A DNA stretch of 64,000 nucleotides, taken from IMG/VR virus record IMGVR_UViG_2974601178_000001, positions 1-64,000 of that record; one strand, given 5' to 3'. Position numbers and translations under genes: made by a program. The stretch is from a virus (taxonomy: Duplodnaviria; Caudoviricetes). The notes under the pieces were generated by a model. The model made no database searches and was not told the DNA's origin. It saw only the letters and a program-made list of their open reading frames with translations. Below are positions 8,810 through 20,112 of this stretch, one piece after another (the first letter of the stretch is position 1; every line of letters starts with the position of its first letter).

Positions 8810-8891
8810 ATATTCTCCTATTTAACTCTATTATACCAAGAAACTTAGTATATGTCAACAAACATGGTATACCTACCATGTAATACATATA

Positions 8892-9185
8892 CTACTCCTC
8901 CCCAAAAACATCCTCACAATCTTTCATAATCTTCTCATTCTGTTTATCAATAAGAACCTTTGTATGAAATACTCCCGCTAATACAAAAATAAAATGTATT
9001 ACTAAGAACACTGGTTCAAAGAAACCTGCCACCAACACTCCAATACCTACTAAGAAGAAATCCCATTCCTTAATGATCGCGTAGTGTAAGTATAATCCTC
9101 CTAACAATGCCCCGCCAATATATGCCCAGCCGTATCCCACTTTACGTGAATTGTATTCCAATTGTGCTTTAGTTGTCTTATTCAT
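8892..9185 (-). CDS. small membrane protein (TM2-like)
   Basis: RKVGYGW...LLGGLYLHY and hydrophobic segments. Confidence 0.6.
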   Translation of the reverse strand: MNKTTKAQLEYNSRKVGYGWAYIGGALLGGLYLHYAIIKEWDFFLVGIGVLVAGFFEPVFLVIHFIFVLAGVFHTKVLIDKQNEKIMKDCEDVFGEE

Positions 9186-9357
9186 TGTATTCTCCTTTAG
9201 TTAAATAATCAAACATTTTCATAATGTGATGTACAATTTACACAAAGATCCTTCTGTTGTCAAGCGTGATTGTAAAAATAATTATATTCTGTTATAATGT
9301 ATCTTATGGATGCAATCCCGTATCCTACCACAAAACAACCTTTTAAGGAAAAGATAA

Positions 9358-9756
9358 ATGAGTCCAGAAGCAGCTTTGATCGGATTCAAATACCTCTTCT
9401 ACATTGTTTGTGCAATCTTCACTGTAATGTGGGGCGGCTTGATTCATTATGTCCGAAAGGATAAAGAAAAGCTAGACAACACTTACACAAAGAAAGAAAC
9501 TGACACTATCATAAAAAATCATAAGGAGAATGTCCAGCAGGAAATGGATGCTCGTTATGAAAAGTTGTTAGTGACGATTGAAAATGCACTTTATCAGCAA
9601 GCAGAAGATCGTAGAAGTGTTAACGAAGGCCGTAGAGAATACGATCATAAACTTGACATAATCCTAAGCACAGTTAATAAACTCTCCACTGATGTAGCTG
9701 TTACAAACAATGCATTGGTAAACATAGAAAAACGTCTAGAAAATCAAGGGAATTAG
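9358..9756 (+). CDS. protein with N-terminal TM helix and coiled coil (holin/lysis accessory-like)
   Basis: One TM helix then a heptad-rich region. Confidence 0.6.
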   Translation: MSPEAALIGFKYLFYIVCAIFTVMWGGLIHYVRKDKEKLDNTYTKKETDTIIKNHKENVQQEMDARYEKLLVTIENALYQQAEDRRSVNEGRREYDHKLDIILSTVNKLSTDVAVTNNALVNIEKRLENQGN

Positions 9757-9757
9757 A

Positions 9758-9832
9758 ATGCCTACTAAATTAAAGCCACCTAAGACACAGCCTAAAACTC
9801 CACGAGAAAAGACTAAGAAGAAAGATAAATAA
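9758..9832 (+). CDS. 24-aa basic peptide MPTKLKPPKTQPKTPREKTKKKDK
   Basis: Fills the gap exactly; TAATG coupling to the next gene. Confidence 0.5.
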   Translation: MPTKLKPPKTQPKTPREKTKKKDK

Positions 9833-10323
9833 TGGAAGAGGCAACTTTCCACGTAGGGTATTATGAGGTTGTATTCTTTGTTTTGATTTTTGCTCAAGAA
9901 CACATTAAGGACTTTATATCTACAGTTAGTTGCCTCCTCATGAGTTTCTTAAGTGAAACTGTTCCTCTTTACTTTATGACAGAGTATAATTGTACTTATT
10001 ATGAAGCTGTAATGTTCTTCGAGGCACTGGTGTTCTTTTTCTCAGTGTTAATAATTGGATCAAGAATAGGTGTTATGTTATCTGTAGTGTCTTGTATATC
10101 CTTCTTCGTTAACTTTGTTGGATATTGGATACCACTTCATGAATTCTACATTTATTACCAAGAAACTTATGTATTTTGGAATGTATTATTCTTTGAAATA
10201 TTAGTGTGGACATGTTTGATCAATTCACGATTTGCACCTCACATAAAGAAAATGGATGTTCTTATTAAAACAAAAGTTGACACTTACATAAAGAATATCC
10301 GAAGAGGAAGAAATAATGATTGA
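9832..10323 (+). CDS. multi-pass membrane protein
   Basis: 4-5 hydrophobic segments. Confidence 0.7.
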   Translation: MEEATFHVGYYEVVFFVLIFAQEHIKDFISTVSCLLMSFLSETVPLYFMTEYNCTYYEAVMFFEALVFFFSVLIIGSRIGVMLSVVSCISFFVNFVGYWIPLHEFYIYYQETYVFWNVLFFEILVWTCLINSRFAPHIKKMDVLIKTKVDTYIKNIRRGRNND

Positions 10324-10810
10324 AAGTATTTTAACACTTCTTGCTAGTCCTGTTCTAGGCAGTATATCTGGTATGATAGGGAATTGGATACAAAAGAAGC
10401 AAGAAATAGAAATAATTAAAGAACAGAATAACCAACAGTATAAAATGTCCATGTTGGATAGTGAGAATAAACGGAGAGAAATCGAATCCCAATCTAAAGC
10501 AGATGGTGAGCGTTTAGAGGGAGAAGCTTTTGTAAAAGCACAAGATGCACCAAAGACAGGATGGGCAGCAGGGTTAATGAGCGCCGTGAGAGTGCTTGTG
10601 ACGACATATCTGCTTATATTCATGTCCTACTTAGCCTACGAGGTTAATACCCTTGTTGGTGGCTTAGAAACGCTCCCTATGGATGTGCTAATTGATATGT
10701 ACGGTCAGATAATATTTAGCATAATTTACCTTACAATTACGGCAATAACATTCTGGTTTGGTCAGCGTCCATCACAAACATTCAGAATGGTGGGAGCACC
10801 TAAGTCATGA
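10316..10810 (+). CDS. 3TM holin-like protein
   Basis: Amphipathic N-terminus, charged linker, two TMs ending FWFGQR. Confidence 0.65.
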   Translation: MIESILTLLASPVLGSISGMIGNWIQKKQEIEIIKEQNNQQYKMSMLDSENKRREIESQSKADGERLEGEAFVKAQDAPKTGWAAGLMSAVRVLVTTYLLIFMSYLAYEVNTLVGGLETLPMDVLIDMYGQIIFSIIYLTITAITFWFGQRPSQTFRMVGAPKS

Positions 10811-11049
10811 GCTTCCCAGAAAAGATAAAAGAGTATAGAATTTTTAGCATCAGTGCATGTTTATTCATTTCATGTATGTTTTATCATATTGTAATGTGGA
10901 TTACAAGTTTTGGTCTAGAAGAATTACATGCTTTGAGTGCAGGGGCTGGTGTTGCGATCAGCGGTATATTTGCATCAATAGCAGCTACGTACAAATTTAC
11001 CTATGAATTCAGTAGGAATAAAGAAGAACCCCAGAAGGAAAAAGAATAA
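10807..11049 (+). CDS. small 2-TM membrane protein
   Basis: Hydrophobic pattern; translationally coupled. Confidence 0.6.
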   Translation: MSFPEKIKEYRIFSISACLFISCMFYHIVMWITSFGLEELHALSAGAGVAISGIFASIAATYKFTYEFSRNKEEPQKEKE

Positions 11050-11801
11050 TGGCGTATGAATACGAAAAGTTGAGATGGGCTTCTGTTAATGAGGTAGATC
11101 CTATTTCAGGGGAGAGTAACAAAAGTGAGCCTCCTGTACAAGTTAAATCAAGTGGATTGAAACGTTACCAAGCAGAACCTCGTCAATGGAATAACTATTT
11201 AAAAGCGGAAGTTTATAATGCGGTGAAGTCTTTACAAGATCAGATAACCAATTTGACACAAGCTAACACTGATAACCAAGCATTGTTGCAATTGATGTAT
11301 AATGTTGGTGATGTGTGGATGACTCAAACGGAAGATAATCCTGCTGATAGGTTTGGATTTGGTACATGGGAGAAAGTTCAAGGTAAGTTTATTGCCGCAT
11401 CGAGTGATACTGATTCTACTTTCAGCCCTGTTGGTAAAACTGGTGGCAGTAAGAGCCATACTCACAGTGATAATTTTACAGTACAAAGTCACACACTTAC
11501 TGAAGCACAAGTACCAACTTATGCCCATAGTCATGATTATAGAGATCGTTACTATGCAGAGGATAGTGGAAATACTTCTTCATCACCTTACCGAGAATTG
11601 ATGCCCTCTAGTTATAACAATAACCGAGGATCAGGTAACAGTGATACAAATAACATCTACTGGTTATATTATGACACTACTACAGAAAGTGATACTTTTG
11701 GTGGCGGTGGAAGTCATACTCACGGATTAAGTGGTGGTGTTTCTACTGCAACAACATTACCTCCATATGAAACATATCATGTGTGGAAAAGAATAGCTTA
11801 A
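11049..11801 (+). CDS. baseplate/short tail-fibre protein (gp10 C-terminal-like)
   Basis: VGDVW...NPADRFGFGTW, GGSKSHTH, HTLTEAQVP, LPPYETYHVWKR. Confidence 0.85.
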   Translation: MAYEYEKLRWASVNEVDPISGESNKSEPPVQVKSSGLKRYQAEPRQWNNYLKAEVYNAVKSLQDQITNLTQANTDNQALLQLMYNVGDVWMTQTEDNPADRFGFGTWEKVQGKFIAASSDTDSTFSPVGKTGGSKSHTHSDNFTVQSHTLTEAQVPTYAHSHDYRDRYYAEDSGNTSSSPYRELMPSSYNNNRGSGNSDTNNIYWLYYDTTTESDTFGGGGSHTHGLSGGVSTATTLPPYETYHVWKRIA

Positions 11802-11822
11802 TAAAATAAAGGAAAATAAACA

Positions 11823-13880
11823 ATGGCAATACAGATTAAAAACACGTACAGTGGACGTACAGACAACACAGACACAAATTACCCTTATGGTAAAGGTAGG
11901 AATGTTGTAGGTGGTGTTGAGGGAACAGGGACTCCATTTGAAGCTCAGTGGTATAATAACCTAGAGGGTTTTTTGCAAGGATTGCTACTTGAAGCAGGGA
12001 TCACCCCTGATGGGCAAGTGGATAATGCTAATAGTAGTCAATTGGTGGAAGCGGTTAAGGGTATTTCAAGAGAGGGACTGGTTGGTAAAATATTTCAATC
12101 GCCTACCGATGGTGGATTAACAGAAATACAAACTCGCACAGTTAATGCGAATGAAGTGTATGAAGTACGTAAAACTTCGGATAACTCATTGGCTACTATT
12201 TACAGTGATGCTGCTGGAGCTGCCGGAGCTACTGAAATACTGCAAAACGGAGTTGACAACGTATCTGATAGCGCTGGGGTTGTTGAGTTTTATATTGCTG
12301 ATGGTGATTATTATGTTGAGATTAATACTGTTAGTGCTAATTTTAATGTCATAACACCTAGTAAATTAGTTAAGAGCTTTACAATATCAGAGGTTCAAAC
12401 AGTAGGGTTAAAGGTAGGGCAATACGTCCGTCTCACTGATAGAGATAATGGATTATTTTTAGCTCAACCAGTAGGCCTTTCCCCTACTGGCTGGGGTACA
12501 ATTGGCCTACCATCAGGATTAACGCTAGAAGTTCAAAATGAGGGGGTAGCTGCTAATATTAAACACTATGGAGCTAAAGGTGATGACAGTCACAACGATT
12601 CTCCACCAATCAACGAGGTGTTACACAACAACTACAAATTACACATTCCTGTTGGTGATTATTTATGCGTTGAAGAATTAACACAAACAAGACGCAACAT
12701 AATCAGCGGTGAAGGGCAGGCAAGTCGACTATTAACCAGAGCGGGGGATCTATTCCGCATCGGGGTTGCGGGTGGGGTGAGTGATAGGAGTGTATTAAAA
12801 GACATAGCGCTAGTGTCGGCAGTTGGTGCTGGTCACATATTTTTACAGGTCAATCAAGTTATTAAATATCGATTTGAAAATCTTTATGTGGAACAGCAAA
12901 ATACAGATAGGCATATTTATTTACATGATTCGGATTTGGGTAATCACATAGGTAATGTTTGGAGTGGTGGTAAGTTTATACATGACAACGCTGCAACAGT
13001 ACCCGCTTTTAAATACGTGGTCGATGGCACGGCTGGCGCAACTAATTTTAATAAGTGGGTGGACGTAGAGTTAGTTAGAGGGTCTAAGCCTTGGTTTCAT
13101 TTCCAGAGCAATAGACCAAACAATTATATTTATGACGTATTTTTAGAAAACATACTTTGTGAAATAACTGGGAAAGGTATTGCGAAGTGTTGGGCAGTAA
13201 ACGGATTTAACGTAGATGGTCTTACTGTTTATGACCTAAAAAGTGGTGGCAATACTGTTAGCGCTGACATGTTCACGTTCTTGCGGGGTACTAACGACAG
13301 CAACCAGCCTTCGCGTAATGTCAATATCGGCAGGTATCGTAGATTAGACCCTGATAGCGCACTGGGTTCGTTTGTAGACTTCCGCTGTGATAGTGCAAGC
13401 GGTGCATCAGTGCAGTCACTAAGCTTTACAGGGTGTGCAAGGAATATTGCAGGCAAAGTGTTGGCTGACATTAGCAACGCTTATGATGTTACAGCGCAAG
13501 CTTCGAGAATTGATTTCAGCGGCACAGGTTATGTCAACCTTACAAACTACATCGAGGGAGGTGTGGAAGTAAAGCCGGAGGTTTTAGTCTTAAATGGTAC
13601 TATCAGCAATCACCCACTGGTTACAGATACAAAGCTATTAAGGTGCGTTCCAGTGGACACTACAAGAAGTTTAACGGGTATGATTGCACCGGTGCACACG
13701 AGGCAGGTTTTTGTTTACAACGCAAGCGCAACAGAAAACTTAATCTTAGTGCACAATGCGTCGTCAACAGCCAAAAACAGGTTTTTCTGTCCTTCACTAG
13801 TTGATTTGACAGTATCACCTTACAGTGGTGTAACATGTGTATATAGTTTAGACGTGGACAGGTGGATAGTTGTAGGGTAA
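11823..13880 (+). CDS. tail fibre/tailspike with beta-helix (pectate-lyase-like) domain
   Basis: Fibre N-terminus (GTPFEAQW...SQLVEA), NIKHYGAKGD..ND motif, beta-helix-like body. Confidence 0.85.
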   Translation: MAIQIKNTYSGRTDNTDTNYPYGKGRNVVGGVEGTGTPFEAQWYNNLEGFLQGLLLEAGITPDGQVDNANSSQLVEAVKGISREGLVGKIFQSPTDGGLTEIQTRTVNANEVYEVRKTSDNSLATIYSDAAGAAGATEILQNGVDNVSDSAGVVEFYIADGDYYVEINTVSANFNVITPSKLVKSFTISEVQTVGLKVGQYVRLTDRDNGLFLAQPVGLSPTGWGTIGLPSGLTLEVQNEGVAANIKHYGAKGDDSHNDSPPINEVLHNNYKLHIPVGDYLCVEELTQTRRNIISGEGQASRLLTRAGDLFRIGVAGGVSDRSVLKDIALVSAVGAGHIFLQVNQVIKYRFENLYVEQQNTDRHIYLHDSDLGNHIGNVWSGGKFIHDNAATVPAFKYVVDGTAGATNFNKWVDVELVRGSKPWFHFQSNRPNNYIYDVFLENILCEITGKGIAKCWAVNGFNVDGLTVYDLKSGGNTVSADMFTFLRGTNDSNQPSRNVNIGRYRRLDPDSALGSFVDFRCDSASGASVQSLSFTGCARNIAGKVLADISNAYDVTAQASRIDFSGTGYVNLTNYIEGGVEVKPEVLVLNGTISNHPLVTDTKLLRCVPVDTTRSLTGMIAPVHTRQVFVYNASATENLILVHNASSTAKNRFFCPSLVDLTVSPYSGVTCVYSLDVDRWIVVG

Positions 13881-13890
13881 TCAGATGGAT

Positions 13891-13920
13891 ATTAACGCCA
13901 ATTGGCGTTAATTGGCGTTA
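13891..13920. repeat. overlapping palindromic repeat TTAACGCCAATTGGCGTTAATTGGCGTTAA
   Basis: Seen directly between convergent genes. Confidence 0.7.
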
Positions 13921-14041
13921 ATTCCTTAGCCTTACCTTTTAATTTTAACAGCAACGCCTATGACCAGATAAAACAACACCACATATGTAAACGGCTCGTT
14001 TAGTATATCTTTCATGTAAATGTATAGGTTGTTTTTCGGTG

Positions 14042-14533
14042 CTATTTAATCATTAACCTTGTTTTATCTGCGCTACTGCGAGTTGTACCAAACCAGAATT
14101 GCATAGCGCTACCCCACTCCTTAACAACTACGCCTAGCAGCATGAATAAAACCTCACGACTTCCTGTGGGCACATCAACGTAAAAGAGCAAGAAAACCAA
14201 TAAGGCTATCAATACGGTTAAACCAATACTTAAATAGGCTGGCATTTTGCTCTGGTTGTGCGCTTGCCTTGCGTTTGCTTTATCGCCTAGCTCAGCTTGC
14301 AGTGTTTCAAGCTTAATTTGCTGCAATCTTGTTTTGTGTGTTAATTCTATTTCCTTTAACTTTACTTGAGATTCAGGATTGCCAACTAAAAAGCTGTTGA
14401 TAGTGTCTGGCGTGTTATCCGTGCCAAACTCAGAGGATATTAGCGCACCAACACCAGCTCCAACAGGGCCCAATGCGCTACCCAATAACGGCGCAAAATC
14501 TGCAACCTTTTTACCTAGCTCTGACCAATTCAT
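14042..14533 (-). CDS. 3TM holin-like protein in opposite orientation
   Basis: MNWSELGKKVADFAPLLGSALGP...DKANAR...QFWFGTTRSS. Confidence 0.8.
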   Translation of the reverse strand: MNWSELGKKVADFAPLLGSALGPVGAGVGALISSEFGTDNTPDTINSFLVGNPESQVKLKEIELTHKTRLQQIKLETLQAELGDKANARQAHNQSKMPAYLSIGLTVLIALLVFLLFYVDVPTGSREVLFMLLGVVVKEWGSAMQFWFGTTRSSADKTRLMIK

Positions 14534-14781
14534 ACAATCACCATCCATACACAAAGCCAAAATAAAGCACCAATAACAAAAGCACCCACCGTGTATCTAT
14601 TTAATTTCATCGTAAAACCCCTATACCAAAAGTTTGAGCGCCTAAAATCAATATTAAAAACGCCAGCAGTAAAAAGAAATTAAAGCGCCACACTTCACAC
14701 TTAGTTTTATAGCGCCTTATTTTTGTGCGCAGATTAAAACTCTTAATATCCAAGTTATTACACATAAAATATAAAAACTTG

Positions 14782-14841
14782 TTGACAATAACCCCAACAT
14801 AACATAAGCTCTTACCTAATCAAACGGGTAAGAGCTTTTTT
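14782..14841 (+). terminator. intrinsic terminator overlapping a TTGACA promoter
   Basis: AAGCTCTTACC/GGTAAGAGCTT plus T-run; TTGACA at 14782. Confidence 0.7.
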
Positions 14842-14884
14842 CTTGCCTAAAATTTAATTCACCCTTACTAAAAAGGATAAAATT

Positions 14885-17455
14885 ATGCCAAAAGTACACA
14901 CTTTAAACAAAGCTTACTGGTTCTCAGATGAATCCCTTCAACCAGAAGAACAAATTGAGATCAAATGTTTCCTTGCGGATAATCCTGATTCTTGTGTGGA
15001 AGATTATATCCCTTTGTTAAAAGAGATAGCTGCCATTAAAGCAATGTGGGTTCAATTCAAAGCAATGAAAGATTACCCAAATGATAACCCAATTCGATTA
15101 TCTGATGGAGAAATTCACACAAGTATATCTGCACACAAGGAAATGTTTATCCGAATGTCAATTAATTCTTTACAAGAGGAACTTTCTACACTAGAATCCA
15201 CTTTAGAAATGCAATTGGAGCAAGAACGAGGTATCACAATTACCCCAGATATTACAGATGAAGAATTAAACTTTTTAGAGGAGGATTTAATAGATGGTTT
15301 ATTTTAGTATTTTTGCAATAGTGTTGTACATTTTAACCAAAAGTGTAGGATTCATTTGGTCAGGAGTTGATGCTGTTAAACAAAGCAAACTCTCAGGTAA
15401 GAATCACTTACTCTTATCAAAAGGCTGGGGAACACTTTACCGAGAGGTGTTACCTTTACCTGATAATTTAGATTATTTGTCAATAAATAAACTTTCAAAA
15501 CAATCTTCCAATTTCGAAGGTACGTTACAAGTTTGGACAGAATACCATTTTGCATTAGAGTTTTTAACAAGTTTAGAAATATTGCAGAATAATTTTCACC
15601 AAGAAGGTTATAAAAGTGTTGACATTGTTGTCCAAGAAGGTGATACTTTGAAAACAATAGATTTCGATGATTACGTTAATATGATTTCTGATAATAGGGA
15701 TGACCTCTATGAAGAAGCAATATTGATGGAAGATTATTTTCAACATTTACAATACGAGGAATTTGAAAATGAAGACTAAATATTACACAACGATCACTAT
15801 GGGTTCAGAAGATGGTAGCGAACTGAAATTGAATATAAACTTTGTCAGCGAATATCCTGTAACTTTAGGTAAGGTGAAAGAACAAGCGTTCAATATTGCA
15901 TCCACTTATGACATCAGTAGTGAATATATTAAAGTGGTTGATTACACATTAGTTAAACAGGAGAAAATTTATGATTGAACAATTACCAGAAATTGAAATA
16001 GTTGCACCAGAGTATCCAAACAATTTCACGAAGCATAATACTCGTCAGCGAAAGAAGATGAACATTTTACAATACAGTGAGGCTATTGTACAATTAATCC
16101 TTCCTGTAAAGCATACAGAGGACATTATTGCATGGTGGGAAGGTGAATACCAAGCTAAAGGAGAAGAGTTCCTTGTGGAGGTGTTTACAGGCGGATTTGA
16201 TAAACAGGGAAACCCTTGTCCAGTGGAAGTAAACTTCTTATCGGAAACCCCTTTTTATAAAGTGAAAGATGGTAAAATCCCAAGTGTACAAGATGAACCT
16301 GATATGTTCGCAATCAAAGCTATCTCAATGATACCTCCTCACCTACAGGATAAAGTGGTAAAAGTGAATATTTCAGATTGGGATTATATTCCTGTTGAGG
16401 ATAATGAATATGATATTGAGAAAGTATGAAGATTTCAGGGAAAATGGTTGGAAATCTTATTTCAATGATGTCTCTTTCCCTGATGGTGATTCTCCTGTTG
16501 CAAAAGTGATCTCCTACTTCCAGAAAAGAGTGAGAGAAGATGACAACGGTGGGAGTTATCCTGAAAGGGAAGTGGTGTATGATTTGATGGTGAATGCTGA
16601 TTGGTTGGTGTACAGGTTTAATCATACGATGAAATATAAACGTAATTGGAAAGAAAGTGACATTTATAAATTTGCAGCTTTGCAGATGTATGTAAATGAA
16701 GTGGTGAATGGGAACCATAAAAAGGCATTGATCACTCGTACAGAATTTGCTATGATTGTTGAAAAGAAATAAATATTAAAAGAATAATTGAGGAGAGAAG
16801 ATTGGAACATATTACAAATGAAGGGATTACATATCAACCAGAGGAATACTTTAAGCAAATGTTTGAGGATGAAGGGGATTTATCAGAATTTGTACTACCA
16901 GAGGATGCTTATTTAGATAATGATGGCGGATATGTGTTTGAGGGAGATTTACAATGTATGCTGTTTTAAAAAGAGGAGTGTTTTTACAAGAGGTGCATTT
17001 TGCAAAGACATTGATTAGAGGGAAAGACTTACTTGTGGACATGGTTAATGACGACAGAGATGATTACCATGATTGGTGTTTGGTGAGAGTGGAAGATGAG
17101 TGTGAAATAGGTGATTGTCCTGTATTGTACTCTTTGAAAAAGCCTATCAATTATGGAAAGGTAGGTGATTTTACACATTATCACAGGGTGAAGATTGGGG
17201 ATTTAGTTTTGGGGGGGAAAGTGAATGAGTGAGATTGAGAGACTAAAACAAATTTGTACTGATAACGGTATTTGTATGGACTGCGGTCATCACTGGGTAC
17301 ACCATATGAGTGAACCTTTTGCAAGTTGCCATTGCAAGACAGGGGAGGATACAACCTTTAATTCTCCCTTTATGCGATTACAGAGGAGGTACGCGGAGTT
17401 AGAAGTTGAATGTGCTAATTTAAAGAATAACCCTAAATTGGAGGAGGTTTTATGA
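14885..17455 (+). CDS. run of hypothetical proteins (14885..15307, 15294..15779, 15763..15978, 15971..16429, 16395..16772, ~16802..16969, 16954..17232, 17225..17455)
   Basis: Tightly coupled ORFs with GGAG/GAGG SD. Confidence 0.7.
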
Positions 17456-18795
17456 AGAGTATTTTAGATATTTTGAATGAATTGGAAAGCACATCAGGAA
17501 GTAATGATAAACTTGCAATATTGCAGCGAGAAGAAGATAATGAAATCTTGAAAGAAATATTTCGTTTGACATATAGCACGACAATCCAGTTCGGTGTTAA
17601 GAAGATACCCGATTACACCAAAGGTAGTTTATACAATGTACAAATGAATAACTTTGACTATATGCGTAAACTCTTAAATCAATTAGCTACAAGAGAACTG
17701 ACAGGAGATAAGGCAAAGTTTTCAATAAGCTACTTCCTTTCAAGTGTTAGTGAAGCTACTGCAGAAGTGTTTATTCGGATTCTTAAAAAGGATCTACGTT
17801 GTAACACAGGTAAATCTTTAGCTAATAAAGTGTGGAAAGGTTTGATTCATGTAACCCCTAGGATGGGTTCGTGTTCTATGAACGAGAAGTCATTGAAGAA
17901 GATGAAAACAATTAAACATCTAGCGGTAGAATTAAAAAGTGACGGTTCTTATGCTGCAAGTGTTTGTAATGACAACTCTACAATGTTATCAAGAAACGGG
18001 AACCCTCTTGTAATTGAAAGTCTTTCTGAACACTTATCTTGCGGAGCATTTCACGGATTTGCTTTGGAAGGAGAATTAATTTATAACCCAACTAAAGCTA
18101 CCCGTGAAGAAGGTAATGGTCATATTACACGAATTGTGAAAGGGACTGCTACGCAAGAACATTTAGATAATGTTTACTATCAAGTATGGGACTGTATAGA
18201 TACATCATACTACGAACCAAAAGGTGAATACCCTTTTACTAACCAAGAACGTAGAGAATTACTTGAAATAATGGTGAGTGAGTACAATGGGTGGTGTGTG
18301 GAAAAAGGAGTAACCAATCGTATTTTATTAATCCCTCGAAAAGAAAATGTCACTGTTGATGAAGCTTTTGAAACCTTCGAGCAGTATGTTAAAGACGGTA
18401 TGGAAGGTGCTATTGCAAAAGATATGACTTCTCCGTGGAAAGATAATGGAAAGCCATCTTGGTGCATAAAGATCAAAAGAAAAGAAACTGCTGACCTAAA
18501 AGTTGTTGGTTGGTATAAGGGTGAAGTTGGTACAAAGTATGAAAACTTCTTAGGAGGTATTCATTGCGAGTCAAGTTGTGGAACTATCAAAGTGAATGTA
18601 GGTAGTGGTTTTTCTGATGAAGAAAGATTTACTTTACCAGATAATCTTCCAGAAGTTATTGAAGTGGAGTATGATTCTGTGACAGAGGACAAGAAAACTA
18701 AACAGAAAAGTTTATTCTTACCTATTTACAAACGTCCACGTTACGATAAAATGGAATCAGATTCTTACCAAGAAATACTTGATAAACAAATGTAA
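17452..18795 (+). CDS. lig: ATP-dependent DNA ligase
   Basis: ELKSDG (motif I), LEGEL, EGAIAK, IKIK, OB-fold VGSGFSD, SLFLP. Confidence 0.95.
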   Translation: MKSILDILNELESTSGSNDKLAILQREEDNEILKEIFRLTYSTTIQFGVKKIPDYTKGSLYNVQMNNFDYMRKLLNQLATRELTGDKAKFSISYFLSSVSEATAEVFIRILKKDLRCNTGKSLANKVWKGLIHVTPRMGSCSMNEKSLKKMKTIKHLAVELKSDGSYAASVCNDNSTMLSRNGNPLVIESLSEHLSCGAFHGFALEGELIYNPTKATREEGNGHITRIVKGTATQEHLDNVYYQVWDCIDTSYYEPKGEYPFTNQERRELLEIMVSEYNGWCVEKGVTNRILLIPRKENVTVDEAFETFEQYVKDGMEGAIAKDMTSPWKDNGKPSWCIKIKRKETADLKVVGWYKGEVGTKYENFLGGIHCESSCGTIKVNVGSGFSDEERFTLPDNLPEVIEVEYDSVTEDKKTKQKSLFLPIYKRPRYDKMESDSYQEILDKQM

Positions 18796-18903
18796 ATTAG
18801 AATAAAAGTGAAACCTTGTTGACTTATGTAAATTTTAAAGTAGAATACCTTTCATAAGTCAATCATACTTTACTTAAAATGAATATTAAAAGAGGAGAAT
18901 ATT

Positions 18904-20112
18904 ATGAGTGAACAAGTGTTAAATGAAATCCAAGAAGTGATCACCCGATCAAACAAAGGTAAATATTCACGACAGAAGAAACAACTTTTAAGCTTAGTCA
19001 ATGAGACAGAAGGTTTGGAAGAATTGTTCAAAGAGTTAGGCTGCTTTGTGGCAGGTGGTGCTGTGACAAGTGTATTCACTAATAAAGAAGTGCACGATTT
19101 GGACATTTATTTCCGTGATAAGGAAAGTTTGCTTAAATTTATAAAAGTGGCTTTTAGTGATGCGCCTTGTGTACCTTGTACACCGATAAACTTTAATCAG
19201 GATGTGACACCTTCTTCAACATCAGTAATTTTAGATACATTTTCCTTACGTTATGTGGGTCATACGGATAAAAGTGTTATGTTCCTTGACGGAAGTGGTA
19301 TGCAGGTGGAAGCTATTCATTGTGGATTCTACCCAACAGTGGAGGACATTTTCAAAAGTTTTGATTTCACTATTAACATGGGAGTGTACGATTTTGCACA
19401 AGAATGTTTCGTCTTGGATGAGGATTTCCTAACAGATAATGCTTCACGAAAGTTACGTGTTAACGAAGGGACATCTTTCCCAATAATTAGTCAACTTCGC
19501 TTAGCTAAATACCAGCAACGAGGTTATTCAATTAACCGAAAGGAATTTATTAAACTGTGTTTGTCTGTTGCAAGTTTGAATCTTTCTTCTTGGGATGATG
19601 TTAAAAATGCTATCGGAGGTATGTACGGTTATAACATGGATGACCTTTTCGATGAAGATAAAGATTTTACAATGGAAGAAGTGTTTGAACAACTAGAAGA
19701 GTTGGAATGTAATTTAGAAGGAACCACTGCTAAAATTCCAGCTACAGATTTAGAAGATTTATTAGAGTTTATCGAAGAACAACATAAGGCAAATGATCCT
19801 GATAAAGAATATTTCTATTATAAGAAAGTCTTAAAAACTTCGGAAGATGGTGTTTACACAAGTATTTATAAGCGTGATTTTAAGTATATTGTAGGAGAAA
19901 GTCCTGACAATTCAGGTAACGGTATTTACCTTTATAAAAGTGTTGATAAAGCGAAGAACCACTACCTGAATTATGACAGTAACGATGGTGCAGTGATTAT
20001 TAAGTTGACATCAGGTAAAACTCGCGCTAAACTACAATCTGATGGTGGTGGTAAGTATTCCACTTGTACAAAATTAACAGTTGTTGGTGAGATGGATTTG
20101 GAGGATATTTGA
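18904..20112 (+). CDS. nucleotidyltransferase (CCA/poly(A) polymerase-like head)
   Basis: FVAGGAV...HDLDIYF, FDFTIN, RLAKYQQRGY. Confidence 0.85.
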   Translation: MSEQVLNEIQEVITRSNKGKYSRQKKQLLSLVNETEGLEELFKELGCFVAGGAVTSVFTNKEVHDLDIYFRDKESLLKFIKVAFSDAPCVPCTPINFNQDVTPSSTSVILDTFSLRYVGHTDKSVMFLDGSGMQVEAIHCGFYPTVEDIFKSFDFTINMGVYDFAQECFVLDEDFLTDNASRKLRVNEGTSFPIISQLRLAKYQQRGYSINRKEFIKLCLSVASLNLSSWDDVKNAIGGMYGYNMDDLFDEDKDFTMEEVFEQLEELECNLEGTTAKIPATDLEDLLEFIEEQHKANDPDKEYFYYKKVLKTSEDGVYTSIYKRDFKYIVGESPDNSGNGIYLYKSVDKAKNHYLNYDSNDGAVIIKLTSGKTRAKLQSDGGGKYSTCTKLTVVGEMDLEDI

